From: Nitrospirota bacterium
GTDB lineage: Bacteria; Nitrospirota; UBA9217
NCBI GenBank assembly: GCA_963818475.1
Contig: CAWFSF010000006.1
Span: 416,001 to 480,000, forward strand
Direction of reading: 5' to 3'
Length of the DNA: 64,000 bases
Below the pieces are notes generated by a model, which saw only the letters and a program-made list of their open reading frames with translations, searched no databases and was not told where the DNA came from. Below, one piece after another: positions 38,740 to 48,889 of the stretch (the stretch's first letter is position 1; each line of letters starts with the position of its first letter). The position numbers and the translations under genes were made by a program.

Positions 38740-40173
38740 TCATTTATGCGTTTTATCAAAGATCCGGGCAATAATTCTTTTAGAGTGTTTTATGCTCCAG
38801 AACAGGTGCTCAAACACGTTAAGCGCATCGTACTTGAAAATATTTTTTACCACGTTCACAATATTCGACGTTACTGATTCATGTTCATCCATGAATGCAA
38901 AATAATTTTTGCATTTGATGTTTGCCTCGTAATACGCCTGTAATCGTTCCTCCCTGGTGAAATTATCAGTTTCAAATACCACCTTGGGATTTTTCCCCTG
39001 AGTAAAACCGTCTTTCCAATCCATCAGCATGCGCCCGTTGTTTTTTACCCAGTCCCATACCTCGGTTCCCGGGAAGGGAACAAATAAATTGAAGATACAC
39101 GACTCCAATCTCAGTTTTTTTGCAAATGTAACGGACTCGCGAATAGAATTGAGGTGAGAGCCTGGCAGGCCGATAATAAAATTCCCCATAACCGAGATCT
39201 TATGCCTTCTTGCCATCGCGGCCGCACGCACGATGTCAGATAGCTCTTCTCCTTTTTTGATGGTTTTAAATTCCTCTTCTACGCCGCTCTCGATGCCGAG
39301 AGCAACGGCAAAACATCCAGCGCTCTGCATTTTCCCCATCAGTTCGTCATCGACCTTGTCCGCCCTGATCCCGTTCGGACAGGACCATTTGAGTTCCAGG
39401 TTGTCATGGGTGAGGGAATCGCAGAATGTTTTTGCCCTTTTCATGTCCAGCGAAAAATTGTCATCCTGAATATTGAAGTTGCTTATCCGGTATTGTGCTT
39501 TGGCTTTTTTAAGCTCATCGATAACCGTTTCCACGGTTCGTGGAACCCATGTCCTCCCCATGACCACTTTTACACAGCAGTAGGTGCACAGATAGGGACA
39601 GCCCCGGCTCGTAACGAGCGGGTAATTGTTAATGACGCCGTCCGTAACGCTGTCGAAAATGCCGAATTCAGGGTAGGGGATCGAATCGAGATCGGATATC
39701 CTTCCGGCATTTCCGGTAAAAATGATTTCTGAATTCTTTCTGAAGATAATTCCTTTTATTGACTCGAGGCTCCTGTTCGAAGCAAGTGCGTCGAGCAGCT
39801 GTGAGGTGACGATCTCACCTTCACCTACAACGCCGAAATCAAATAAATCGTGCTCTCTCATAAAATTGACGCCGTCGAGCGTGATGTGGGGGCCTCCGGC
39901 GATCAGGATATTGTTCTTATTTTTGACCTTTCGGGCGATCTCCAATGCATAATCCTTTGTGAAGGATTTCATGGAAAATCCGATGATGTCATAGCCCGCT
40001 ATTTCCCTGATCCTGGAGTCCTTATTCTCTCCATTATTGTTGAAATCAAAGACCTTGATATTTTTCGCCTTATTAACTTTCATTAAATAGGAGGCGACGT
40101 ATCCGATCCCGGTATTCAGTCCGAAATGAACGCCCTTGGGGTCGACAAAACAGATTTTATCATTCTTTGCCAT
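38740..40173 (-). CDS. B12-binding radical SAM protein
   Basis: GGPH, GEGE, TSRGCPYLCTYC, DDNF and GIESG. Confidence 0.9.
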   Translation of the reverse strand: MAKNDKICFVDPKGVHFGLNTGIGYVASYLMKVNKAKNIKVFDFNNNGENKDSRIREIAGYDIIGFSMKSFTKDYALEIARKVKNKNNILIAGGPHITLDGVNFMREHDLFDFGVVGEGEIVTSQLLDALASNRSLESIKGIIFRKNSEIIFTGNAGRISDLDSIPYPEFGIFDSVTDGVINNYPLVTSRGCPYLCTYCCVKVVMGRTWVPRTVETVIDELKKAKAQYRISNFNIQDDNFSLDMKRAKTFCDSLTHDNLELKWSCPNGIRADKVDDELMGKMQSAGCFAVALGIESGVEEEFKTIKKGEELSDIVRAAAMARRHKISVMGNFIIGLPGSHLNSIRESVTFAKKLRLESCIFNLFVPFPGTEVWDWVKNNGRMLMDWKDGFTQGKNPKVVFETDNFTREERLQAYYEANIKCKNYFAFMDEHESVTSNIVNVVKNIFKYDALNVFEHLFWSIKHSKRIIARIFDKTHK

Positions 40174-40195
40174 CGTAATTTGTCCCTTCGCGTAC

Positions 40196-40876
40196 TCAGT
40201 TTGAGAACCGGTATCTCAGCAGCGCCCAGAGGGCGGAGAAGCCGTCGGTCCAGCGTATTTTTTTTCCTTCACGGTAGGTTCTGCCGTAATAGGATATCGG
40301 CATCTCGTAAATTCGGTATTTGTTTTTGCAGAATTTCGCCGTCAGTTCCACTTCGATCTCGAATCGTTTCGAGCGTAAGGTCATGTCCTTCAAGACACTG
40401 CTTCTGAATACCTTATAGCAGCTTTCCATATCTGACAGCGTCGAGTTGTAAAGAATGTTCGCAAAGAGCGTGAGCATCTTATTGCCGACCAGATGCCAGA
40501 ACATATACACCCGCTGCGGTTTTCCCCCGGAAAGCCGCGATCCGTATACCACATCGGCCATACCCCTGAGGATCGGTTCGGCCAGGGCTTGTATCTCCTG
40601 AGGGTCGTATTCCGTATCAGCGTCCTGGACTGCCACGATGTCACCGGTTACGAGTTCGAACCCCTTTCGCAGGGCAGTTCCTTTTCCGCCGTTTTTGGTA
40701 AGGAACGCCTTTTTGAGGCCGACGATATCCAAACGCTCAAGGACATCTTTTGTCCCGTCGGTGGAGCCATCGTCCACTACGATGATCTCTTTGTCGAACC
40801 CAAGCGAGTGGACCTTTCGTATGATCGTTTCGATCGTATTCTTTTCGTTATAAACGGGAATAACAATTGAAATCAT
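40196..40876 (-). CDS. DPM1-like polyprenol-phosphate glycosyltransferase (GT2)
   Basis: VIPVYNE, DDGSTDGT, GKGTA, QDADTEYDP, GSR and EGKKI. Confidence 0.9.
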   Translation of the reverse strand: MISIVIPVYNEKNTIETIIRKVHSLGFDKEIIVVDDGSTDGTKDVLERLDIVGLKKAFLTKNGGKGTALRKGFELVTGDIVAVQDADTEYDPQEIQALAEPILRGMADVVYGSRLSGGKPQRVYMFWHLVGNKMLTLFANILYNSTLSDMESCYKVFRSSVLKDMTLRSKRFEIEVELTAKFCKNKYRIYEMPISYYGRTYREGKKIRWTDGFSALWALLRYRFSN

Positions 40877-43326
40877 GTATGCATTCCTCTCTTTGTGACT
40901 AATTGTTTTCGATTAGCTCCAACGAGATAGGCGAGAGCCAAAACAATGATCGCGCATCCGCTTATCGCGGCGCCGATCGTGAAACTGAGTGGCGTATAGA
41001 TAAATCTGACCCGGGATTTTCCTTTTTCCAGGAACACGGCTCTGAAATTATAGTCCGCCCGGTAGATATCTCGTTTTTTCCCATCCACGAGAGCAGTCCA
41101 TCCCGGGTAGTAAGTGTCGCTCAGTATCAGCAGGCCCCTCTCGGCCATATCAGCATCTATGACGACCTCGCGCGACCCATAGGAGAAGACCGAGGCTAAC
41201 GAACGGCCGGATGCCTGCGACCCCTTCAGCTCCGGCACTGGTGACGGAAGATCGGGGCCCAGAACAGCTTCAGATGCCGGCTTAAAATCAGGCCGATACA
41301 GGATGGCGAGCGCGTCCTCCTTACTGGTTGCCACTTGGGCTTTATGAACAATAAATGCACGCGGAAGCGCATTGAGGTTCTGATAAACATTGATTTCGTC
41401 CGAGTACACTTTTTCCAGAAAGGGAACCTTCAATTCCTGATCTTTCGGTACGAGAAGATATTTGACATTCATGAGGTTGGCAAGAGTGGTGTTCATGGAA
41501 TTGCCGAACATGAAAAAGGTGCCCACGCCTGTTTTCCGGGTCATCAGTTCTTCGTAGCTTTTTAGTGAGATGCCATCGTATCCGCGTACATCCTGAAGAC
41601 CGTAGGGTACCCAGGTATTCATGGCCATGACCTTGCCGATCCCATAGATGCGGTGCAGGCTTTGGTCTTTGCGTAAAAAATCAATGGCCGGCGTTGAAGG
41701 GTATACCTGATCCGGTTTGATGCCCGCCCAGAAGCCGGAAGCAAAAACAAGGAGGTCCGCTATGGTTATCAGGACGAGAAGTGTCTGGAATACCGTCTTT
41801 GTCAGATATTCTTTAGCATAGAGAAATACGGAAAGCGCTGACAGAAGTGCCCAGAGAAGAAAATGCAGCAGTTTGTTGGTAACATATACCGAGAGACCGC
41901 GGCCTGCAACAATCTCCGCAAACGCGCCATACGATATGAGAACCCACAGCAGGAGGGCGATGCCCAGGGAAACAGCGAATAACCGGCTGAACGTTCTGGT
42001 CATGCGTCGTAGATCCGCTTTGTCCGCCATAAGAAGGGAATGCGCGCCAAAGCCGGCGAGCACGGAGACCGAGAAACTGTAAATAAGGACCAGCCGATTG
42101 TTGTTCAGCTTGGCAAAGAGAGGAAGGCTCCAGATCGCATCGCCGATAAGGGGCATACGGTATACCACGGCGAGGGCGAGAATGCCGAGAAACGTAAAGA
42201 AGGCGACCCGTGCCTTACCCGCCGTGTTTCCGGTTATTGCTACGAAAGCCAGAAAAAGCGGCAAGATGCCCGCGTAACCGCTCTGCTCAAGGTAGGTCCA
42301 CATGCCCGCTGCATTACCCCAATAAGTATGCTCAGCGGGATTTCCAAAATAATCGGGGACCACATAGAGCACCAGGCCCTTGAGCGAAGTAACGAATCTG
42401 AAGAACGAATCCGGCGTGACTGAAAAGCCAGCGCCTCCTCTTGCGGCCATCAGTGAACTGAGGTTGATATATTCCCATGCGGGCAACAGCTGGATTGCGG
42501 CAACTGCGACTCCCAGGCAGACCGCTGCGCCATACAGCATTGATGCGTGAAGCGATATGCGTATATCGCGGTTTTCCCGATAGAGCATGAGAATGCGGAA
42601 GAGTGCATACAATCCCGCTGCAGCCAGGACGTGAAAGGTCGTCTCGTAATGGCCGGCCAGAAAGGAACATCCCACCGCAGCGGCCAGGGGCGCAACCGAG
42701 CGAATCGTTTGTGTTGTGAAAACCCGTTCGGAACAAAGAAGAAGGAGGGGGAGGCACAGCGCGGCAAGCACGTGGTTGTGGCCGAGCCAGCCGACCATGA
42801 ATCCGCTGAACATGAAGCTGGCCGCAGCCACAAGTGCGGCGGTGGTAGCGAGCCGTAATTCCTTCAGAAAGAGGTAGGTGAACAGGCCGGCAAAAAATAA
42901 TTTGAGATAAGCAGCCAGCCCGAATGCATACCAGACAGGCAGCATATAAAAGACCGCGTTCAGGGGGAACAAAAACCCCGTGGAATTCGCGAAAAACGGC
43001 CAGCCGCACGAAACCAGAGGATTCCACAAAGGGAATTCACCATGCCGGACCATGTCCGCGGCCTGGTGAAACCAGGGATAGAAGACGAAGGTATTGTCAA
43101 AGAGATTTTCATTGGAAGGTCCGCTGTAGCCGGCTGGAGCGATTGAGCTCCAGGGAGGCACGGTATATAGAAAATCGGCGGGCCACAGTGAATAGCCGAA
43201 AAAAAGCGCCTGACAGAGCAGAAGTGCGGGCAGAACAGCCAGGAGGGCAACAGGCCATCTGTGGTTCCCCGGTATTTCGTGCGTGATAACGCGGCCGTTG
43301 GTTTTGCTGCCGGAACCCTTGCTCAT
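40873..43326 (-). CDS. YfhO-family GT-C membrane glycosyltransferase
   Basis: GEFPLWNP...GWPFFAN, QLLP, GYDG, NVKY, LPRAF and YYPGWTALVDG. Start at MSKGS, overlapping the upstream stop. Confidence 0.88.
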   Translation of the reverse strand: MSKGSGSKTNGRVITHEIPGNHRWPVALLAVLPALLLCQALFFGYSLWPADFLYTVPPWSSIAPAGYSGPSNENLFDNTFVFYPWFHQAADMVRHGEFPLWNPLVSCGWPFFANSTGFLFPLNAVFYMLPVWYAFGLAAYLKLFFAGLFTYLFLKELRLATTAALVAAASFMFSGFMVGWLGHNHVLAALCLPLLLLCSERVFTTQTIRSVAPLAAAVGCSFLAGHYETTFHVLAAAGLYALFRILMLYRENRDIRISLHASMLYGAAVCLGVAVAAIQLLPAWEYINLSSLMAARGGAGFSVTPDSFFRFVTSLKGLVLYVVPDYFGNPAEHTYWGNAAGMWTYLEQSGYAGILPLFLAFVAITGNTAGKARVAFFTFLGILALAVVYRMPLIGDAIWSLPLFAKLNNNRLVLIYSFSVSVLAGFGAHSLLMADKADLRRMTRTFSRLFAVSLGIALLLWVLISYGAFAEIVAGRGLSVYVTNKLLHFLLWALLSALSVFLYAKEYLTKTVFQTLLVLITIADLLVFASGFWAGIKPDQVYPSTPAIDFLRKDQSLHRIYGIGKVMAMNTWVPYGLQDVRGYDGISLKSYEELMTRKTGVGTFFMFGNSMNTTLANLMNVKYLLVPKDQELKVPFLEKVYSDEINVYQNLNALPRAFIVHKAQVATSKEDALAILYRPDFKPASEAVLGPDLPSPVPELKGSQASGRSLASVFSYGSREVVIDADMAERGLLILSDTYYPGWTALVDGKKRDIYRADYNFRAVFLEKGKSRVRFIYTPLSFTIGAAISGCAIIVLALAYLVGANRKQLVTKRGMHT

Positions 43327-44729
43327 GCAGAGATCCACCGCGCCGCTCTCTTGGCCATATAATAGAAATGCTGGGGAGAGCGTACCTGTCTCAGCATATT
43401 GATGAAGATCGCCGGCCTGAGATAGAAGAACCTGAGGAACTTTCTTCTCAGCGACCGGAGCTTTTCCTCGGTCAACGTCGGCGTCACATAGGTGAGGTCG
43501 TGAAGGCTGGTATGGTGCTGTTCGGCCCATTCTTCGGCGATCTCTCCGCTTTTCACGAGTTCGTAGTAGATCGGGGTTCCAGGGAATGGTTGGAAATAGC
43601 TGATCCCCACCCGGTCAAGCGGGAGTGAGCACGCGAAGCGGATGGTCTCCATGATCTCTTCCTCGGTTTCAGAAGGAAAACCGACGATAAAAAAGCCGCC
43701 GATGTCGAATCCCGCTTCCCGGGCCATGTGCAGTTGCTTCCTGATCCCTTCAGGGGTGATGTTTTTTCTGATCAATTTCAGTATTCGTTCAGAACCGGAC
43801 TCAATGCCGAAATTTATCGCATAACATCCCGCCTTTTTCATCAGGTTCAGGAGCGGGGGGTCTATCGTGTCCAGCCGAATGCCATTGGGAAAACTCCAGG
43901 AAAAACCGAGGTTCAGCGACAACAGCCGATCGCAGAAATCCTTTACAAAGGCCGTATTGAAGGTGAAGTTGTCATCCTCGATCTGAAACTCTTTAACGCC
44001 GAATCGATCGTGTAGAAGTTTCAGCTCGTCGATCACCGAGTCCACGGACCGGGAACGGATCTTTTTCCCCGAGGCAGCAGAACCTCCGCAGAAGGTACAC
44101 GGAAACGGGCAGCCCCGTGTGACAACGATGGGCGCCATGGGGAAATTTCTGAAAAAAGCTCCATGAGGCGCTTTCGGATAAGAGTCAGGAGGCATGAGGT
44201 CCCAGGCCGGGATGCCTACACTGTCGAGATCTTCGATAAAACAGTTCGTGTTGACCTGCACGGATTCCCCGCTCCGCCAGACCATGCCTGGTATTGCGGC
44301 GAGTTTTTCAGGCGAGAGCGTTTCTGAGGCGATTGCGTCAAGCAGCTGCAGGAAGCCGATCTCGCCTTCTCCTTTGTAAGCGTAATCAAGTACAGGGCCG
44401 GCGAATTTCAGCGTGCCTTCGGGCGACATTGTCGGATGAATGCCGCCGACGATCGTGATCGTCCGGGGTCGAATTTGCTTGATCTCCAGGAGCGTGCGTT
44501 TGATCTCATGGATGTCCTTGGACCATGCCTGGAATCCCGTCACATCGTACGCTCCATCAGACACCATTTTCGCCACAGCTTTCGCATCCATGCGGTCCTT
44601 CAGCGCGTCTAGAATGGTAACGTCGTGCTTATGACGGATGCTTGAGGCAAGCCAACCCAGGGAAATTGGGGGAATGATTTCGTCCGCTACGCTCAGGGGC
44701 TTCACTAAAAGGACTTTAAGCCTTCTCAA
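43323..44729 (-). CDS. B12-binding radical SAM protein
   Basis: GGIHPT, GEGE, TRGCPFPCTFC, DDNF and GIESG. Confidence 0.9.
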   Translation of the reverse strand: MRRLKVLLVKPLSVADEIIPPISLGWLASSIRHKHDVTILDALKDRMDAKAVAKMVSDGAYDVTGFQAWSKDIHEIKRTLLEIKQIRPRTITIVGGIHPTMSPEGTLKFAGPVLDYAYKGEGEIGFLQLLDAIASETLSPEKLAAIPGMVWRSGESVQVNTNCFIEDLDSVGIPAWDLMPPDSYPKAPHGAFFRNFPMAPIVVTRGCPFPCTFCGGSAASGKKIRSRSVDSVIDELKLLHDRFGVKEFQIEDDNFTFNTAFVKDFCDRLLSLNLGFSWSFPNGIRLDTIDPPLLNLMKKAGCYAINFGIESGSERILKLIRKNITPEGIRKQLHMAREAGFDIGGFFIVGFPSETEEEIMETIRFACSLPLDRVGISYFQPFPGTPIYYELVKSGEIAEEWAEQHHTSLHDLTYVTPTLTEEKLRSLRRKFLRFFYLRPAIFINMLRQVRSPQHFYYMAKRAARWISA

Positions 44730-45919
44730 ACGCCACCTCCATACTGCCTGTATACGCCTTCATAACGCGATCCAATCGTGCGCCATGATAGCATCTCTTT
44801 AATGAATTTACAACCCTTTGCAACCTTCTTCGCGGCGTCCTCTTTGTTCTCTAAAACAAAGCGCATCCTGGCGGCAAGATCGTCGATATCGTTGTATCTG
44901 ACGAGATAACCGATGTCCTGCCTGCCGATGATCTCGCCGCAACCGCAGTCATCAGTCACGATGACCGGCGCCCCGCACAGCATGGCCTCGAAAGGAACCA
45001 AACCGAATATTTCATGGATCGCAGGATAGACCAGCATGTCCGCAGCGCAATAGGCAGACAGCTTGTCTTTGCCTGTCAGAAGGCCGGTGAAGAGAACCCG
45101 GTTCGAGAGGCCTTTTTCGCGTACAATGTTCTCCACCTGGGTCCTGAATCCCATATCATTGCCTGCGATGACGAGTACGGTGTCGGCTGCGTTCATCCGG
45201 TAAAAAGCCTTTACCAGAAAATCAATTCCTTTCCGCGGCGTGATCTTGCCGAGGTAGAGGACCACGTTCTTGTCCAGGATGCCGTACTTCTTTTTAAAGG
45301 CATCGGTTTTCGGAAGGTCGGTGAAGGCGTCGATATCGATACCGTTATAGGTGACATCGATTTTATCGCCTTCAATTCCCATTTCTCGATACTGGCTGAC
45401 TTCATGGTCAGAGACGGCGATGAACCGGGACGCATCTTTTAAAATGCGGTCTCCGAAAATCCTGTCGAAAATAAGCTTAGTGAAGATTCTTCGCTCGATT
45501 CTGAGGATTGTGCCATGGCCGGAGAGCAGGTAGCGCTTACCCTCTTTTTTTGCATAAAAATGGACGATATTGTTCAAAAAATTGCGGTGGCCGTGGAGAT
45601 GAACAATGTCGAAGCCCCTGATCGTTTCACGAACGGCCTTTCGCATTCCCAGCGGCAGGAAAACCTGGTAGTGATATGCGAGGCTGTTGCTGATGTTTCT
45701 GAAGTAGCGGACGGTAATGCCGTCGACCTTCGTTTCTTTGCCGCTTTGGTCGCACCGCCTGTCCTGATCGAGAACGTCTGTGGTATAAACGGTGACATCG
45801 TGCCCCATTTTCGTCAGCTCTCTCGAAAGTTCATACACGACGCGCGGTATGCCGCCGTACGCCCAGGCGGGATAGAAGTAGGGGACCACCTGCAATATTT
45901 TAAGCTTTTTGTCTGACAT
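44726..45919 (-). CDS. GT4 glycosyltransferase
   Basis: YNGID, LGKITPRKG and EIFGLVPFEAM. Confidence 0.9.
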   Translation of the reverse strand: MSDKKLKILQVVPYFYPAWAYGGIPRVVYELSRELTKMGHDVTVYTTDVLDQDRRCDQSGKETKVDGITVRYFRNISNSLAYHYQVFLPLGMRKAVRETIRGFDIVHLHGHRNFLNNIVHFYAKKEGKRYLLSGHGTILRIERRIFTKLIFDRIFGDRILKDASRFIAVSDHEVSQYREMGIEGDKIDVTYNGIDIDAFTDLPKTDAFKKKYGILDKNVVLYLGKITPRKGIDFLVKAFYRMNAADTVLVIAGNDMGFRTQVENIVREKGLSNRVLFTGLLTGKDKLSAYCAADMLVYPAIHEIFGLVPFEAMLCGAPVIVTDDCGCGEIIGRQDIGYLVRYNDIDDLAARMRFVLENKEDAAKKVAKGCKFIKEMLSWRTIGSRYEGVYRQYGGGV

Positions 45920-46721
45920 GGCCGACTCCGATCTTTTTGAATAAGTGCCCCAGGGTGTAAACTCCAAAGATGCGCAGCATCCTCAAACCCAGGGCCACCA
46001 GGGAGTGATACACGAAAAGCCCGAAGGCCCGGAGGAAGGGTACCCCGCAGCCGATCTGAGCCCTGAACAAGTCTTTGCTGACCGAGAATTTGTTGGAATC
46101 GCTTATGCCGCCCAGCCTCATCACGGCCCATATTTCGTCGACAAAAAAAGGTGTTTCCGTCTCCGTGACGCGCAGCAAGTGTTCATAATCCATTGCATAC
46201 CGGTAGTCGAGTTTGTACGGGCCGAAGCGATCGAAGATGCTTCTTCGTATAAAGGCTGATTGATGAGGCATGATATTCCGCTTTCGCATGCTTTTTCGGG
46301 AAAAGGGCAATCCCATCACGCCTACGATCTCATCCGAGTGCTCAGGCACATAACACGTTTTGCCGTAGACGATGTTTGCCTCGGAATGTTCTGAAAATAC
46401 GCGCATCGCCCGCTCAACGACCTCATCGTTGAAATAGTAGTCCTGAGAATTCAGGAAGGCGATTATGTCGCCGGTGCAGGCGCGCAGACCCTTGTTAAAG
46501 GCGTCGGATATGCCCTTGTCCGGTTCACTTATCCAATAGTCTATTTCCTTATCGTGCGCTTTCAGGGTCTCTTGCGTGTTATCCCTGGAGCCTCCGTCGA
46601 TAACGACATATTCGATGTTGCCGTACGTCTGGCTGCGGACGTTCCGGATCGTGCTTTCCATGTACTTTCCGCTGTTCAGGCAGATGGTGATGATGCTGAC
46701 TTTGGGATCCGCGCTATTCAT
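45900..46721 (-). CDS. GT2 glycosyltransferase (WcaE-like)
   Basis: IDGGSRD, SEPDKGISDAFNKG and HQS. Confidence 0.88.
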   Translation of the reverse strand: MNSADPKVSIITICLNSGKYMESTIRNVRSQTYGNIEYVVIDGGSRDNTQETLKAHDKEIDYWISEPDKGISDAFNKGLRACTGDIIAFLNSQDYYFNDEVVERAMRVFSEHSEANIVYGKTCYVPEHSDEIVGVMGLPFSRKSMRKRNIMPHQSAFIRRSIFDRFGPYKLDYRYAMDYEHLLRVTETETPFFVDEIWAVMRLGGISDSNKFSVSKDLFRAQIGCGVPFLRAFGLFVYHSLVALGLRMLRIFGVYTLGHLFKKIGVGHVRQKA

Positions 46722-46803
46722 GATGGTTTCCTGACTTTCGGTGTTGAGTTCCGGTATCTATAAGTGAAACAGGGCGTCCTGTTTTTGCTGAAGATAAAGG
46801 CTA

Positions 46804-47961
46804 CTAAATCGCTTTTCTCAAGATGTCTGCAAAGGTTTCTCCAAACGATTGTATCCTCGATTGCAGCAATGAGCGTGCTTGTTCTTCCATTAATAAATCG
46901 GGTCCCGGAGCGGTCTCCTCCCAGGTCCTCATCAGTTTATCTGCGAGATCTTCGGCGTTCCCGGGGTCGAAATAGGCTCCTCCACCCGGCGCCTGTTCCC
47001 TATGAACAGGGATATCTGAGAGCAGGATCCTCTTTCCCAGGGATTTTACTTCTTCCACGGTCGTGCTCCATCCCTCGAAAAAAGAAGGATTCAGGACCGC
47101 GATCGATTGACGCATAAAAGCATAAACATGCGGCAACGGGACCAAGCCCAGGAATGCGATCTGATCTTGCAGGTTATGCTGCTGGACAATTCTTTTCAGA
47201 TCACCGAAGTGCCCGGGGTTTCTATGATCGTTTTCATTGCCGGTACATATGACAAAGACATTTTCATTCCGTTTTTTGAGAAGGTGTAAAGCTTCGAGTA
47301 CCACAATATGGTTTTTATGCTTCCAAAACTGGTTCGGCAGATAGAAAAACTTTTCCGGCAATCGGTAAGACGATATCGCATCTCGCGGATCTTTATTATA
47401 GATATCCGGCTGGATAGGAACGACAAACCTTAAAATATCCACGGGTGTCTGATAATCGGGGAAAAAGGTCTCGAAGTCTTTTCTGGCATCCTGGCTGCTT
47501 ACCACCAGTCTCTTGCTTTGCTTCGCATACTCTCTCATTAATCGCGTGCGAAATACTCGTTCCCGCTCGGTGAACATCCCGGGGAGGTGGAAGTGCTGAA
47601 AGTCCGCGATCCAGTTCACACAGGGAATGTGGAATCCCGGGCCGAACAAGCCGGCATGAAAAACCACCTTTACGTCATGGTGATCAAAGAGACGGGCCGC
47701 GATACGGTCATTGCCGGGCATTCTCCTGAGCACTTGCCGCATGATCCAGGACGGGCTCCATTCGGTGAAACTTCTTGTTGTTACGACGTCCGCAACGTAT
47801 TGACGGATAGCATCGAGCTCCGCCTGTTTGTTTTCGCCGCTAAAAAGAACAGGCTCGATAGAACCCCGGGTAACGGTCTGGAGGGCGCTCAGAATATTTT
47901 TGAGATAATGGCTTCCCCCGGTCCATCCTTTATGTCCGATCAGTGAAAAGGCAACCCTCAT
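46804..47961 (-). CDS. GT4 glycosyltransferase
   Basis: DFQH, PNQFWKHKNH, PSFFEGW and SDIPVH. Confidence 0.88.
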   Translation of the reverse strand: MRVAFSLIGHKGWTGGSHYLKNILSALQTVTRGSIEPVLFSGENKQAELDAIRQYVADVVTTRSFTEWSPSWIMRQVLRRMPGNDRIAARLFDHHDVKVVFHAGLFGPGFHIPCVNWIADFQHFHLPGMFTERERVFRTRLMREYAKQSKRLVVSSQDARKDFETFFPDYQTPVDILRFVVPIQPDIYNKDPRDAISSYRLPEKFFYLPNQFWKHKNHIVVLEALHLLKKRNENVFVICTGNENDHRNPGHFGDLKRIVQQHNLQDQIAFLGLVPLPHVYAFMRQSIAVLNPSFFEGWSTTVEEVKSLGKRILLSDIPVHREQAPGGGAYFDPGNAEDLADKLMRTWEETAPGPDLLMEEQARSLLQSRIQSFGETFADILRKAI

Positions 47962-47962
47962 G

Positions 47963-48889
47963 TCATCCTCTGCCCGCTCGTTGATGCCATAGGACATAAT
48001 CACGCACGCCCTGTTTCCAGCCCACTGAGGGTTTCCAGCCGAGCGATTCGGCCCTTGTCGTATCAGCCCTGTAATACTTCGGATCGCCCACCTTTATTAT
48101 GCCGTTAAAGCGTATGGGCAGATGCGTTCCGTACTCATTGCTCACATATTCAAGGATGTCCCGAACCGTGATCGCTTCACCGCTTCCTCCGTTTATGATG
48201 GTGAACCGGTCAGATGTTTCGGAGAGCAGCAGTATCAACCGTGCTGCATCGAGAACGGAAAGCCAGTCCCTCGTTTCCTCCCCCGAGCCAAAGAACATGA
48301 GTTCTTTTTCATTGCGAGAGAACTTTTCGCACGCTTCCCAGAGCAGCTGCTTTTTCAGCCCTTCTCCGTACAGGGAGAAAAATCTGATTATGGATACTTT
48401 CAGGGCGAAATTGTCAGAATAGGATTTACAAAGCTCCTCGGCAATCTTTTTGTGAAAGCCATAGGGCGAAACAGGGGATAGCAATTCGTCCTCTTGCAAC
48501 GGGCGATCGTTCTTCACCCCGTATACTGCTGCACTCGAAGGGTAAACGAGCACTGCGTCCTTGTTAAAAAGGCGCACATATTCAAGTACGGCCAGCGTCG
48601 TGTTCACGGTCCGGTTAAAATCCTCCATGGGATGGGAAACGGAATAGCCTACAGATCCGGAACCGGCGCAATGAACGATGAGGTCGAATTTTCCCTGCAA
48701 CCCGACGAGCGTGTCCACCGTAATGTCTGCCTCTGTCCAGACATCGAGCCCGATCGCGTTGGCGGAGTCCTCTTCCACACTCCCATGACCGACGCCCGTC
48801 ACCACAAAGCCGTTTTGCTTCAGCTCGCGTGCGGTATTTCTGCCGAGAAATCCTGCTGCGCCTGTGATCAGGGCGGTTCTGGTTTTCAT
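47963..48889 (-). CDS. NAD-dependent epimerase/dehydratase
   Basis: ITGAAGFLG, SSAAVYG, PYGFHK and TRD. Confidence 0.88.
   Translation of the reverse strand: MKTRTALITGAAGFLGRNTARELKQNGFVVTGVGHGSVEEDSANAIGLDVWTEADITVDTLVGLQGKFDLIVHCAGSGSVGYSVSHPMEDFNRTVNTTLAVLEYVRLFNKDAVLVYPSSAAVYGVKNDRPLQEDELLSPVSPYGFHKKIAEELCKSYSDNFALKVSIIRFFSLYGEGLKKQLLWEACEKFSRNEKELMFFGSGEETRDWLSVLDAARLILLLSETSDRFTIINGGSGEAITVRDILEYVSNEYGTHLPIRFNGIIKVGDPKYYRADTTRAESLGWKPSVGWKQGVRDYVLWHQRAGRG

Noticed and set aside
43327-43530. Extended N-terminus of the YfhO ORF given in the ORF track
   Set aside because: It overlaps the upstream radical SAM gene by about 200 nt; ATG 43326 gives a normal coupled start.
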